From Chitinophagales bacterium (lineage in GTDB: Bacteria; Bacteroidota; Bacteroidia; Chitinophagales; CAIOSU01): DNA of 64,000 nucleotides. The position numbers and the translations under genes were made by a program. Below the pieces are notes generated by a model. It did no database searches. It was not told the origin of the DNA and saw nothing but the letters and a program-made list of their open reading frames with translations. This document shows, in pieces, positions 55,480-64,000 of this stretch (its first letter is position 1; each line of letters opens with the position of its first letter). The stretch covers positions 857,363 through 921,362 of the forward strand of contig BPHB01000002.1 of the NCBI GenBank assembly GCA_026003335.1. Direction: 5' to 3'.

Positions 55480-56961
55480 CTAAAGAAGCATCAGAATGTC
55501 TTGCAAAATGGCCTGACCGGAGCTGGGGCGCTTGGCGTTGGGGTCTACCACATTGCCTTGCTTGTCAATGAGCATGTAACGGGGGATGGAGCTTACACCG
55601 AAATGACGGGTGGCGCTGGACCCCCATCCACCCGGAGAGCGGGTATGAAAGCCTTCAATTTGATATTGTTCAATAGCCTTTTTCCACTTCTCATCGGTAT
55701 CGTCAATGGAGATATACAGAAACACAACCTGTTTGCGCTGTTCGGGGGTCAACATTTCCTTGAGGGCTTTGGCATAAGGGAACTGCTGACGACACGGCCC
55801 ACACCAGCTGGCCCAAAAATCTACGTACACCACTTTGCCTTTAAAATCTTCCAGATACACCTCACGTCCTTTCAGGTCAAGAAGAGTAAATGGTTGTTCT
55901 GATTTGCGGGTTTTTGCTTTTTTATCGTCTGCTTCCGAGTCTTCCTCCGGCTTTGCTTTTGTTTCCTTTGCCTGCAGCGCATTGCGGCATTTTACAGTGA
56001 CCTTTTGCACATAACGTTTTCCCTGGTCTGCCTGCTCAAGAGCCTTGTATAGTTTCTTTACTGTTGAAGGAGCAGCCCGGTCGCAATATGCATCCAGCGT
56101 AGCAGCAAGCCAATAAACAAAAGGCTCCCCGGAAAGGTATCGTAAGGCATAATTATAGGTTCTGTCCACCAGGTCGGTGTAATCGCTGAAGGCCGCGAAA
56201 TTGAATTGACCGGCAGTATAATAGAGAACATATTCCCGCAGAAAGCCCCTGTAGGCAGGACTATTCATGGCGCTTTCATGCCTGACGGCCACCCCGCCCA
56301 GTTCCTGAAGCATGATAGACGGCAGGGGGGATACCATAAGTCCATTAGACTGCCCCGCCCTTACGGAGGCAAACAGGAACAGGTTGCGGAAATAATTGTA
56401 TGTAATCTGATGCTCCATGAACTGGCGAAATGCAGGGGTAAGATGTTCTCTGGTGCCGGCTTCTTTCAGAAATTTCATTTGCCTGAGCCGGCTGTTGAAA
56501 AGGTCTGACTCATATTTATCTACCGATTCGGTACTTGTGGCTTTTTCCCGCATCAGGCGAATATCAAAGTCGGCTCCGAACTGCCGGGTAAAGGCGTTCA
56601 GCACACTGTTATCGGCAGCACCTCTTCCTTTAAATTCTTTTATAAGTATGGAATCCGTGTCAAGAACAAATTCCAACGTGTCATTGGGATGTACATATAA
56701 CTGCAGCGTAGTATCATCCATGAGCAGATATATCAACCCGGCAACCGGCTGTGAAAGGGACACGGTAAAACCATCTCCGGCAACGGTTATCGGCTTGGGG
56801 GAAGGGCTAAAATCTTCCTCCGGGGGCCCGGAAAGATACCGGAGGCTCTTGGGTAATGCTCCCTTTACGGTTCCCTTTATCGTGGCAGATGCAGACACCC
56901 AGGAAGGAGACATTAACCCAGTCCCCAACAAAAAGAAAACCGCCATGAAAGCTTTGCTCAT
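55480..56961 (-). CDS. TlpA/ResA-like thiol:disulfide oxidoreductase with large N-terminal domain
   Basis: 493 aa with a signal peptide. The C-terminal thioredoxin fold reads VVYVDFWASWCGPCRQQFP. Confidence 0.8.
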   Translation of the reverse strand: MSKAFMAVFFLLGTGLMSPSWVSASATIKGTVKGALPKSLRYLSGPPEEDFSPSPKPITVAGDGFTVSLSQPVAGLIYLLMDDTTLQLYVHPNDTLEFVLDTDSILIKEFKGRGAADNSVLNAFTRQFGADFDIRLMREKATSTESVDKYESDLFNSRLRQMKFLKEAGTREHLTPAFRQFMEHQITYNYFRNLFLFASVRAGQSNGLMVSPLPSIMLQELGGVAVRHESAMNSPAYRGFLREYVLYYTAGQFNFAAFSDYTDLVDRTYNYALRYLSGEPFVYWLAATLDAYCDRAAPSTVKKLYKALEQADQGKRYVQKVTVKCRNALQAKETKAKPEEDSEADDKKAKTRKSEQPFTLLDLKGREVYLEDFKGKVVYVDFWASWCGPCRQQFPYAKALKEMLTPEQRKQVVFLYISIDDTDEKWKKAIEQYQIEGFHTRSPGGWGSSATRHFGVSSIPRYMLIDKQGNVVDPNAKRPSSGQAILQDILMLL

Positions 56962-57016
56962 GGCGGTAAAATTACTATTTCACCTTCGGGAAATGTATCC
57001 CATTAAGAGAGGTAAT

Positions 57017-57205
57017 CTAACCTGCCTTGTTAAAAATGGAAAAATCAAAACCTTCAATATCCTGAAAGGTAAGTCCCAAGTCTTTACGTGTCTGTTCAGG
57101 AGAACGACCCTTTTTTACCAATTCATAATAGGCGCGAATTGCCTCCAGTTTTTTCAGATGTTCAGGCTTCTCCTCAGGGGTTTTGGTATTTGTTACCGGA
57201 TGCAT
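57017..57205 (-). CDS. Hypothetical small protein (62 aa)
   Basis: The ORF ends 55 nt upstream of, and is co-oriented with, the TlpA-like gene. It is a hydrophilic, helical-looking sequence with no recognised motif. Confidence 0.35.
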   Translation of the reverse strand: MHPVTNTKTPEEKPEHLKKLEAIRAYYELVKKGRSPEQTRKDLGLTFQDIEGFDFSIFNKAG

Positions 57206-57627
57206 GGGCGCAAAAAATTTGCAATGATAAATTTATGCCCGATGCTACTGTGGTGCAATTTTTTTTTCGCACAATTAATTCACATTTCCACACTCCCTCT
57301 GCTGTTTATCTGAAGGCTGCATTTTCGTGAAATCTTTTATTACCAACGGATTCAAGCAGATGGATAGGGTTTGACAAGGTGTCTACTTTTTTGTATGATA
57401 AGGCCCGTTCACCCACATCATACATTCCCCTTTACAACGTGGATAACCTGTACCATAGTAAGCTTATAAAGCTTCTATCTTCACGAAAATTTTTACTCCA
57501 TGTATATCAGCTCTTTGATAAAGATCGTCCTGATGGTTTTTTCCATAAAAGAAACTACTGAAAAAGGTAAACAATGGAAAAGGGTAGAATCAGGAACTAA
57601 AATAAAATGGATATTGGATTATGCTGC

Positions 57628-57945
57628 CTAAGGAGCAACCTGCCTCATCAAAGCAATGGAAAAGGGGAAGAGCTGAGCAATCATCACCCCCTCCCTGACG
57701 GCAGGATCCTGATCCATGAAATTTCTCGCTGCTTCAATTGAAGGTAATTCCAGCATTACTATGCCCTGATTGAAAATATCATCGCTACCAAGAGATGTGC
57801 GCCCTGCAAGTATTACAGTTCCCTCTCCGCAATAGTTTTTCAAATATTCAAAATGCAGGGCAACGATATGCCGGGTTTCTTCATTCCAGTTTTTCTGGCA
57901 AGCGAAGCGGGGTGCGAGCCTTAGCAGATAAATAAAATGTAGCAT
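57628..57945 (-). CDS. YciI-like family protein
   Basis: 105 aa. The pattern HFEYLKNYCGEGTVILAGR...DPAVREGV resembles YCII-related domain proteins. Confidence 0.55.
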   Translation of the reverse strand: MLHFIYLLRLAPRFACQKNWNEETRHIVALHFEYLKNYCGEGTVILAGRTSLGSDDIFNQGIVMLELPSIEAARNFMDQDPAVREGVMIAQLFPFSIALMRQVAP

Positions 57946-58361
57946 TTCCCGGACGTTTGGTGCACAAATTTAGCTTGAAGTTTTGCAATTATTAAGTTAA
58001 CTTGATACAACCCTGCATGTAAACGACACGTTAAATGTTCATTAAAATATTGCCGATGGAAAGAAATTTTACCATTAATGTTGTTTTTATCGCACTTTGC
58101 CTGCTGTTGATGGGATTTGTGTATCTGAACAATAAGATAGCGGAAGCGGCCGTAAAGGAAAAAATGAGCCATGAGGGGCAGCGCGTTGAAGTTTTGAACC
58201 ATTAAGAGTACTCTGTACTTTTCCAACGGTCATCTTCCTTACTGCCAAGAGCGCGCAATCAACAAAAGCAGGGAACTACGTATTTATCTGCCCGCACGGA
58301 TGCTTTAACCATTCAGATTGCTTATACTTGCCTCTTTCAAGTGCATTTCACGGTAATCGTC

Positions 58362-59762
58362 ATGTCTGTGCGTTCGCTTGCTTTTGCTTTCATATGGATG
58401 TTTATCGCCTGTCAGAGCAACAGTGCCTCCAGCGCTTTACACAATAATGATGGAAACAAGACGCCAGCCGCCCAACCAGTCAGGGATTTAAATACCGCCA
58501 AGCAGGACACGATATGGATAGAGGGCCGGTACCTTTCCGGGTGCACGTTTCCGGCAACCATCCGGATAGCGGAACATAATGAACTTTACGCTCCCTGGCA
58601 ACAGGTGCCCGTGAAGAATGGCGAATTTAAATACGCTCTTCCTCTGTCAGAGCCTCGCAGAATTGCCCTGCGTACAGAAAACCGCGGCAATTTTGACTTT
58701 CTGGCAACCCCTGCTGAAAAGACATACAGGATTGAAATCAACTGCTCGGGTCAATATGAAAAAATTGACCTTAAAGGCTCTGCCGAAGAAGCTGCTTACC
58801 GAAGATTCAGCAATGCCAACAAAAAGCTGCGCAGCGAGATAGAAAAGATTACAAAAAATGACCTGAGTAAGCCCGAAGTATTTCAGCAACTGCGGAATAC
58901 CTTTCTGGAATATCAAAAAACACTGGATGGCATCATAGCTGCCTACCCCCAATCCTTCACAGCGACCTTTTTCTGCGCAGCCGAGAAACTTCCCGAAGAA
59001 TCATATACCTCCCTGGAACTGCTGCGTAAGAATTATCTGAACCGTGATGTCTTCGCCAATCCTTACCTGTATAATGATTTTATCGGTCAACGTATCATTA
59101 CCAATTATGTGAGTTTGCGCGATAAAACAGCTGATCCTTATCCGGTAGTGGACCGTCTGCTGCAAACAGCTGCCCAAAATCCTGAAGCATCCAGGCGGTT
59201 GCAGCAGGTGCTATACAATATCTTTTATTACCGCCATGAAGAAGACCTTATTACTGCCTATGTCAAATGGGCAGATGCTTATCCCCGGTTGATGTATAAT
59301 GCCAGCGTAAAGATGCAGCTTCAGCGTTTGGAACAGGTCATAGCAGGTAAGCCTATAATTGATTTTCAGCTCAATGACCCCTCCGGCAGGTCCCGCAGGC
59401 TAAGTGAGGTAGTGCAATCATCTCGCCTTACGTTGCTGATTTTTTACAGTCCCACGTGCTCACATTGCCAGGAAGAGTTGCCCCAGATTGTGCCCTTGTG
59501 GCAGGCAAACAAAAACAAAGGACTAAAGATTTTTTGCGTGGGTTTTGATGCCACCGATCCGGAGTGGAAATGGTTTATTGAAAATAAAGCCAGCCCTGAA
59601 TGGGTGCATGTATTTGAAACCGATCAAAACTATCCTCCCTCTGCAAGTTATGTGGTGAATTATACGCCTACGTTTATCCTTATCTCTCCGGACGGGAAAA
59701 TTATTTCCCGTTTTGCCGATATTGATTATGTGAAAAATACGCTGCCCAAACTTTTAAACTGA
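58362..59762 (+). CDS. Thioredoxin-fold (TlpA-like) lipoprotein with CSHC active-site motif
   Basis: The ATG at 58362 gives MSVRSLAFAFIWMFIACQS (lipobox); the track start is a GTG at 58341. The C-terminal thioredoxin fold reads LLIFYSPTCSHCQEELP. Confidence 0.75.
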   Translation: MSVRSLAFAFIWMFIACQSNSASSALHNNDGNKTPAAQPVRDLNTAKQDTIWIEGRYLSGCTFPATIRIAEHNELYAPWQQVPVKNGEFKYALPLSEPRRIALRTENRGNFDFLATPAEKTYRIEINCSGQYEKIDLKGSAEEAAYRRFSNANKKLRSEIEKITKNDLSKPEVFQQLRNTFLEYQKTLDGIIAAYPQSFTATFFCAAEKLPEESYTSLELLRKNYLNRDVFANPYLYNDFIGQRIITNYVSLRDKTADPYPVVDRLLQTAAQNPEASRRLQQVLYNIFYYRHEEDLITAYVKWADAYPRLMYNASVKMQLQRLEQVIAGKPIIDFQLNDPSGRSRRLSEVVQSSRLTLLIFYSPTCSHCQEELPQIVPLWQANKNKGLKIFCVGFDATDPEWKWFIENKASPEWVHVFETDQNYPPSASYVVNYTPTFILISPDGKIISRFADIDYVKNTLPKLLN

Positions 59763-59781
59763 GCGTTGCTCTTTGCACAAG

Positions 59782-60627
59782 TCAGGGCTTAGCGAGTCGT
59801 TCCCTGACCCATTTCTTTTTTATAAACTGCCGGAATTTACTGTTCAAAAAGATGCCCGGAAACCATCTGATCAAGCGGAATGCAATGCGCGCTTTCAGGG
59901 GGTGTAGTATGTAAAATGCTTCTTTACCCGTTTGATGAAGAATGTAAGCCGCCACTTCATCGGCAGTGATGGAGGCTTTTTCAATTTTCTTTCTTCCAAT
60001 AGTCGCGGCATTTTCATCACCACGGGCATGCTGCATGATGCCGCTTTTGAAAAACTCAGGAAGTGCTACTGCCACATGAATATTAAAAGGCCTTAGTTCA
60101 GCATAAATACTTTCCCCAAGGGCCAGAACGGCCGCCTTGGTCACATTATACATGGACATATTGGGCATGCAGGCCACTGCCGCCAGGCTGGAAATAATCA
60201 GGATACACCCCGAACGCTGTTTCTTCATCACCTCCACCGCATAGTGCGTACCATAAATGACGCCCATCTGGTTGATACCCGTTATCCAGTCCCATTTCTC
60301 CAGTTCATATTCTCCGAACAATCCTCCGTCACCCACTCCTGCGTTATTGATGAGCAAATCAATACCCTGGCATTCTTTGATAAAAGAATCAAAGGCCTGT
60401 TTATAAGCAACCTTATCACTCACGTCACATACATAAGTGAGGCATTTACCTCCTGCCTCGGTAATTTCCTTGCGGGCAACATCCAGATGGTTTGTGCTGA
60501 TATCAGTCAGACCAATGCTCCATCCGTCTCTTGCCAGCAGAAGAGCAAAAGCCCGTCCCAAGGCACCCCCGCCCCCTGTTATAAATGCGCGCTTCCCGTT
60601 GTATTTGTTGGTCAGATTTAACTGCAT
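59782..60627 (-). CDS. SDR family oxidoreductase
   Basis: The ATG at 60627 gives MQLNLTNKYNGKRAFITGGGGALGRAFALLLA (TGxxxGxG). It has NNAG, and YNVTKAA provides the catalytic YxxxK. The upstream extension in the track ORF looks non-coding. Confidence 0.85.
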   Translation of the reverse strand: MQLNLTNKYNGKRAFITGGGGALGRAFALLLARDGWSIGLTDISTNHLDVARKEITEAGGKCLTYVCDVSDKVAYKQAFDSFIKECQGIDLLINNAGVGDGGLFGEYELEKWDWITGINQMGVIYGTHYAVEVMKKQRSGCILIISSLAAVACMPNMSMYNVTKAAVLALGESIYAELRPFNIHVAVALPEFFKSGIMQHARGDENAATIGRKKIEKASITADEVAAYILHQTGKEAFYILHPLKARIAFRLIRWFPGIFLNSKFRQFIKKKWVRERLAKP

Positions 60628-60743
60628 GTCTCTCCCTCTGATTGTCCGAAAGCGGAAAAATAAGAACTCTTTATCTTTATGAAAAACGGTGTTGCTGAAC
60701 CCTTTTGTGAGCCGATTGGTTAAGGTGTAAAAACTCATTAAAA

Positions 60744-61043
60744 ATGTCATTTAAAGAATTGATCAACGGACCTACCCCGGTATTGGTAGATTTCTATGCA
60801 GAATGGTGCGGCCCATGTAAAATGATGGCTCCGGTTCTGGAAGAGTTAAAAGAAGAAATAGGCGATAAAGCCCGCATAGTCAAAGTAGATGTGGACAAAA
60901 ACACCCAGGCAGCCGTGCATTACGGAGTAAGAGGTGTGCCAACTTTGATATTGTTTAAGAACGGACAGATCCTGTGGCGCGAAGCCGGAGTAATATCCAA
61001 ACAGGAATTAAAAAACATCATCACTCAGCATTCCAACTCTTGA
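60744..61043 (+). CDS. trxA: Thioredoxin
   Basis: 99 aa with [18 protein letters not shown] and [14 protein letters not shown]. Confidence 0.93.
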   Translation: MSFKELINGPTPVLVDFYAEWCGPCKMMAPVLEELKEEIGDKARIVKVDVDKNTQAAVHYGVRGVPTLILFKNGQILWREAGVISKQELKNIITQHSNS

Positions 61044-61301
61044 CCAGGTGGGGATGTTTCTGTTTGCGGATATTCTTTTTGATCTCACTGCCGCAAGCGA
61101 TGCCGTAACTATACACAGCAACAAGCCCTGGTTCAGTAATGTGCTTGGTGGGTGAAGTTTTCCTCTTTTTTGAGAGGGTCCCCTTGACCCTTTAAGAATC
61201 TGTCTGTGGAAAATAAACACCGCATTGTAAACAAGTGATGTGTATTTTTATGCCTTGTAATAGTATTCTTACATATCGCCTAAATTCAAAATTGCACCAT
61301 C

Positions 61302-61490
61302 ATGAATGAGGATAAAAACTTCCTGAGCGTTTTAGAAAACAGAATTATTAAGCTGCAAACGCAGATCAATGACCTGCAGGAACTCATCAAGCATTACCGG
61401 GCCGTTTTGGCTGACTACAAGAAAAACGTCAAGGTGGATATGCAGGTAGAGGATCCCCTCCTCCACCAGGACGAAAATGTAAGCCTGTAG
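61302..61490 (+). CDS. Hypothetical small coiled-coil protein (62 aa)
   Basis: ORF only. It has heptad-like LENRIIKLQTQINDLQELIKHYRAVLADYKK and lies upstream of lhgO. Confidence 0.35.
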   Translation: MNEDKNFLSVLENRIIKLQTQINDLQELIKHYRAVLADYKKNVKVDMQVEDPLLHQDENVSL

Positions 61491-61573
61491 CGCCAGCCTG
61501 GAATGTTCTGATATAACCGGGGCCAGCTGCCTTGGGGGCAGCGGTGGGTATCCTCATACTATCAGTAGGAAGA

Positions 61574-62794
61574 ATGTACGATGTAATCATTGTCGGGGCC
61601 GGCATCGTAGGGCTGGCTACAGCCTTCCGGCTCAGCGAAAGGAATCCGGATGTGCGACTTGTCATTCTGGAAAAAGAGTCGGCTCCGGCCTGCCACCAAA
61701 CGGGGCATAACAGTGGGGTTATTCACTCGGGCATATACTACAAGCCCGGAAGCCTAAAGGCGCTCAATTGCGTTAAAGGATATCATCAGCTTCTGGCTTT
61801 TTGCCGTCTCTATAACATTCCGTTTGATATCTGTGGAAAAGTCATTGTAGCTACTCAACGGGACCAACTTCCGCTACTTGAGAGGATATTAGAACGGGGC
61901 CTGCAAAATGGCCTGAACGGGGTAAGAAAGATTTCCTCTGCCGAAATACAGGAAAAAGAGCCCTACGTCACACGGGCTGTTGCCGGAATATGGGTGCCTC
62001 AGGCGGGTATAATCAACTATCGGCAGGTGGCTCTTCAGCTTGCAGAGCTGATTGCTCAAAAAGGAGGTCGCTTGCAATATGGGGCCCATGTTTTACATAT
62101 CCGTCAGGACAGCAGCGAGATCATAGCGCAGACCACAGCAGGCGATTTTAGGAGCCGGTTGCTGATTAACTGCGCAGGTCTTTATTCCGACACCATTGCG
62201 CGCTTTACCGTTCCCCAACTGGACATGCGTATCATCCCATTCAGAGGAGAATACTATCGCCTCAAAAAAGAGAAGGAATACCTTGTGCGTAATCTTATTT
62301 ATCCGGTACCCGACCCTAACTTTCCCTTTTTGGGCGTCCATTTTACCCGGATGATTCAGGGTGGTATTGAGGCCGGACCCAATGCCGTGCTGGCTTTCCG
62401 CAAAGAAGGGTACAGGTTAAGCGACTTTCAATTACGGGAGTTTGCGGAAATCCTGGCCTGGCCGGGATTCCGAAAACTTGCTCTCAAGTATTGGAAAACG
62501 GAGCTCAAAGAGTTGCACCGTTCATTCAGTAAAGCAGCTTTTGTCAAGGCTTTAAAAAACCTGGTTCCATCCATAGAAGAACATGATCTGGAACCGGGGG
62601 GAGCAGGCGTAAGAGCACAGGCAGTAGACCGTTGGGGTAATCTGGTAGATGATTTCCTTATTCTTGAAGGCAATCGGGTGTTGAATGTATGCAACGCGCC
62701 ATCACCGGCTGCTACTTCCAGTCTGGCCATCGGAGAACATATTGCCGATGTCGCCCTGCCGAAACTACATCAACTTGGTGCTAATCCAGCCTGA
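61574..62794 (+). CDS. lhgO: L-2-hydroxyglutarate oxidase (FAD-dependent)
   Basis: The ATG at 61574 gives MYDVIIVGAGIVGLATAFRL. It has CHQTGHNSGVIHSGIYYKPGSLKA. The track start at 61532 is a TTG. Confidence 0.85.
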   Translation: MYDVIIVGAGIVGLATAFRLSERNPDVRLVILEKESAPACHQTGHNSGVIHSGIYYKPGSLKALNCVKGYHQLLAFCRLYNIPFDICGKVIVATQRDQLPLLERILERGLQNGLNGVRKISSAEIQEKEPYVTRAVAGIWVPQAGIINYRQVALQLAELIAQKGGRLQYGAHVLHIRQDSSEIIAQTTAGDFRSRLLINCAGLYSDTIARFTVPQLDMRIIPFRGEYYRLKKEKEYLVRNLIYPVPDPNFPFLGVHFTRMIQGGIEAGPNAVLAFRKEGYRLSDFQLREFAEILAWPGFRKLALKYWKTELKELHRSFSKAAFVKALKNLVPSIEEHDLEPGGAGVRAQAVDRWGNLVDDFLILEGNRVLNVCNAPSPAATSSLAIGEHIADVALPKLHQLGANPA

Positions 62795-63584
62795 ATTTGA
62801 TAGGCACAATAAACTGTACCCGCACCGGCTTTCCTCTCTGTTTGCCGGGAGTCCAGTTGGGCATTTTCTTTACGTGTTCGAGGGCAGCTTCATTCAGAAT
62901 TTTATCAGCACCCTTGGCTACTTCCACATTGGTCACCCTTCCGTCCTTATCTACTACGAAGCGGATATACACCGAACCTTCAATGTCGTTTTCTTTGGCA
63001 ATGACCGGATAAGGTATGCTGGATAAATACTTCAGCAGGGCTGCCTCACCTCCCGGGAAAACCGGCATTTCTTCTACAATGGTAAAAATTTCCTCTTCCT
63101 TTACTTCCTCTTCAGCAACTTCTACCTTGGGGGCTTCAATGACGGTTTCTTCCGTAATTTCTTCTTCAATGATTTCGGGAGGCTCTTCAATAATTTTTTC
63201 ATCCTCTACCACTTTTATCTCCGGCGGAGGCGGTGGCGGGGGAGGGGTCACCTTTCTTTCTGTGGCAGGAGGTTCCACTTCAAAATCATCTGGTAAAAGA
63301 AGCTCTCCGCTTAAAGTAGCTTGCTTCTCATAGGTAGTCCATGAAAAAGCTATAATTACCAGTGCCAGAGCAATGACCATACCCGTTCGATAAAACAGTC
63401 CGGTATATTGGGTAATATCTGCTTCCGGATATTTTTTTACGAATACCGAGCGGCTCTCCGGTCGTCCCTGATGCAGCTGAAGAATTTCCTGCGGCTTTTT
63501 CCGGTCAAAAATCCATTTTGTAATGAGAACAATGATACCTATGAATAGAAGTACACCGCCACAGACCAGTAAAAATGTAACCAT
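62781..63584 (-). CDS. TonB-family energy transducer
   Basis: N-terminal TM helix, a Pro/Glu-rich spacer (PPPPPPPPEIKVVEDE...), and a C-terminal TonB domain PVFPGGEAALLKYL...GSVYIRFVVDKDGRVTNVEV. Confidence 0.88.
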   Translation of the reverse strand: MVTFLLVCGGVLLFIGIIVLITKWIFDRKKPQEILQLHQGRPESRSVFVKKYPEADITQYTGLFYRTGMVIALALVIIAFSWTTYEKQATLSGELLLPDDFEVEPPATERKVTPPPPPPPPEIKVVEDEKIIEEPPEIIEEEITEETVIEAPKVEVAEEEVKEEEIFTIVEEMPVFPGGEAALLKYLSSIPYPVIAKENDIEGSVYIRFVVDKDGRVTNVEVAKGADKILNEAALEHVKKMPNWTPGKQRGKPVRVQFIVPIKFRLD

Positions 63585-63719
63585 TGTAAATTTAGGTTTT
63601 CAGCAAATCAAATTTAAAAACAAAAAGCTCCAAATTACAACTTTTTACCTGCCGTGCAACCGATTAACGGTGCCCTGCCTGCCTTTGTTGTCCGGTAGGC
63701 ATTGCCGGTGACCGAAGTG

Positions 63720-64000
63720 TCACCCTGCTACCATTGCCTGATAGTCTGCGCTGCTCAGTAAGCCATTTAACTCGGTGGGATCTTTTATTTTGATTTTCAC
63801 CATCCAGCCCTTGCCATAGGGATCCTGATTAACCAGCTCAGGAGAAGAGTCCAACTCAGGGTTTTTTTCCAGAACGGTTCCTGAAACAGGCATAAAAAGA
63901 TCAGAGACGGTTTTTACGGCTTCTATGGTCCCGAAAACAGATCCTTTTTCCAGTTCTTGGTTTACCGTATCAATTTCAACATACACAATATCACCCAGCT
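63720..64000 (-). CDS. gcvH: Glycine cleavage system protein H (C-terminal part; start lies beyond window end)
   Basis: The lipoyl-lysine motif is [18 protein letters not shown], with [12 protein letters not shown]. The frame stays open upstream of the track ATG to position 64000 ([10 protein letters not shown]). Confidence 0.9.
   Translation of the reverse strand, partial: LGDIVYVEIDTVNQELEKGSVFGTIEAVKTVSDLFMPVSGTVLEKNPELDSSPELVNQDPYGKGWMVKIKIKDPTELNGLLSSADYQAMVAG

Noticed and set aside
56417-57313. 298-aa plus-strand ORF
   Set aside because: It mostly overlaps the TlpA-like gene in antisense and then runs through intergenic sequence. It is Ser/Leu/Arg-rich with no motifs.
63225-63250. G-rich run GGCGGAGGCGGTGGCGGGGGAGGGG (G-quadruplex or simple-repeat candidate)
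   Set aside because: It is the antisense of the codons for the PPPPPPPP spacer of the TonB-family protein. It is explained by coding.
1-64000. Search for CRISPR arrays, tRNA/rRNA genes, transposases, integrases, phage genes or defence systems
   Set aside because: I noticed no direct-repeat/spacer periodicity, no cloverleaf-compatible intergenic segment and no recombinase-like translation. Intergenic gaps are mostly under 150 nt, and the few longer gaps (about 300-500 nt) also showed none of these. This was an inspection by eye only, so tRNAscan-SE, Infernal and CRISPR finders should confirm it.

Overview
This is a 64-kb, densely coding chromosomal segment. It looks like a non-Bacteroidales Bacteroidota genome: T9SS type A and type B C-terminal sorting domains, a PcrB/GGGPS homologue, a MetH lacking its homocysteine domain, and ATG/GTG/TTG starts with no obvious Shine-Dalgarno. 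I support about 55 CDS. I found no rRNA, tRNA, CRISPR array, transposase or integrase. All family calls come from reading the translations and recalling conserved motifs; nothing was searched or computed.

The outstanding content is the first 12.5 kb, a compact two-armed isoprenoid/sterol supercluster.
- Minus arm, in transcription order: oxidosqualene cyclase, a strikingly eukaryote-like sterol delta24-reductase (DHCR24/DWF1 family), HMG-CoA synthase, type-2 IDI, HMG-CoA reductase, a GYDIA-type GHMP kinase, and a CrtC/AttH-like hydratase that runs off the window.
- Divergent plus arm: eukaryote-type squalene synthase followed by flavoprotein squalene epoxidase, joined by an ATGA overlap.
- The cyclase has the DCTAE catalytic motif and the Tyr/His/Ile triad I recall as diagnostic of cycloartenol synthases. 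The predicted products are therefore cycloartenol and, with the reductase, side-chain-saturated (cycloartanol-type) sterols.
- No C4 or C14 demethylation genes are in the window.
- A 16-bp perfect palindrome lies in the divergent spacer.

The rest of the window contains:
- an ECF sigma / small Cys-His anti-sigma unit followed by two giant T9SS-sorted proteins and a secreted EEP nuclease;
- envelope polysaccharide genes, including a GT2 fused to a catalytically gutted phosphoglycosyl-transferase-like module;
- housekeeping genes: recR, rpmH-rnpA-yidD, rho, metH, trhO, rsgA, dtd, tsaC, ybeY, trxA, lhgO, gcvH;
- a GGGPS/PcrB ether-lipid-type prenyltransferase;
- a 1102-aa membrane-anchored coiled-coil protein;
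- a loose thiol-redox neighbourhood.
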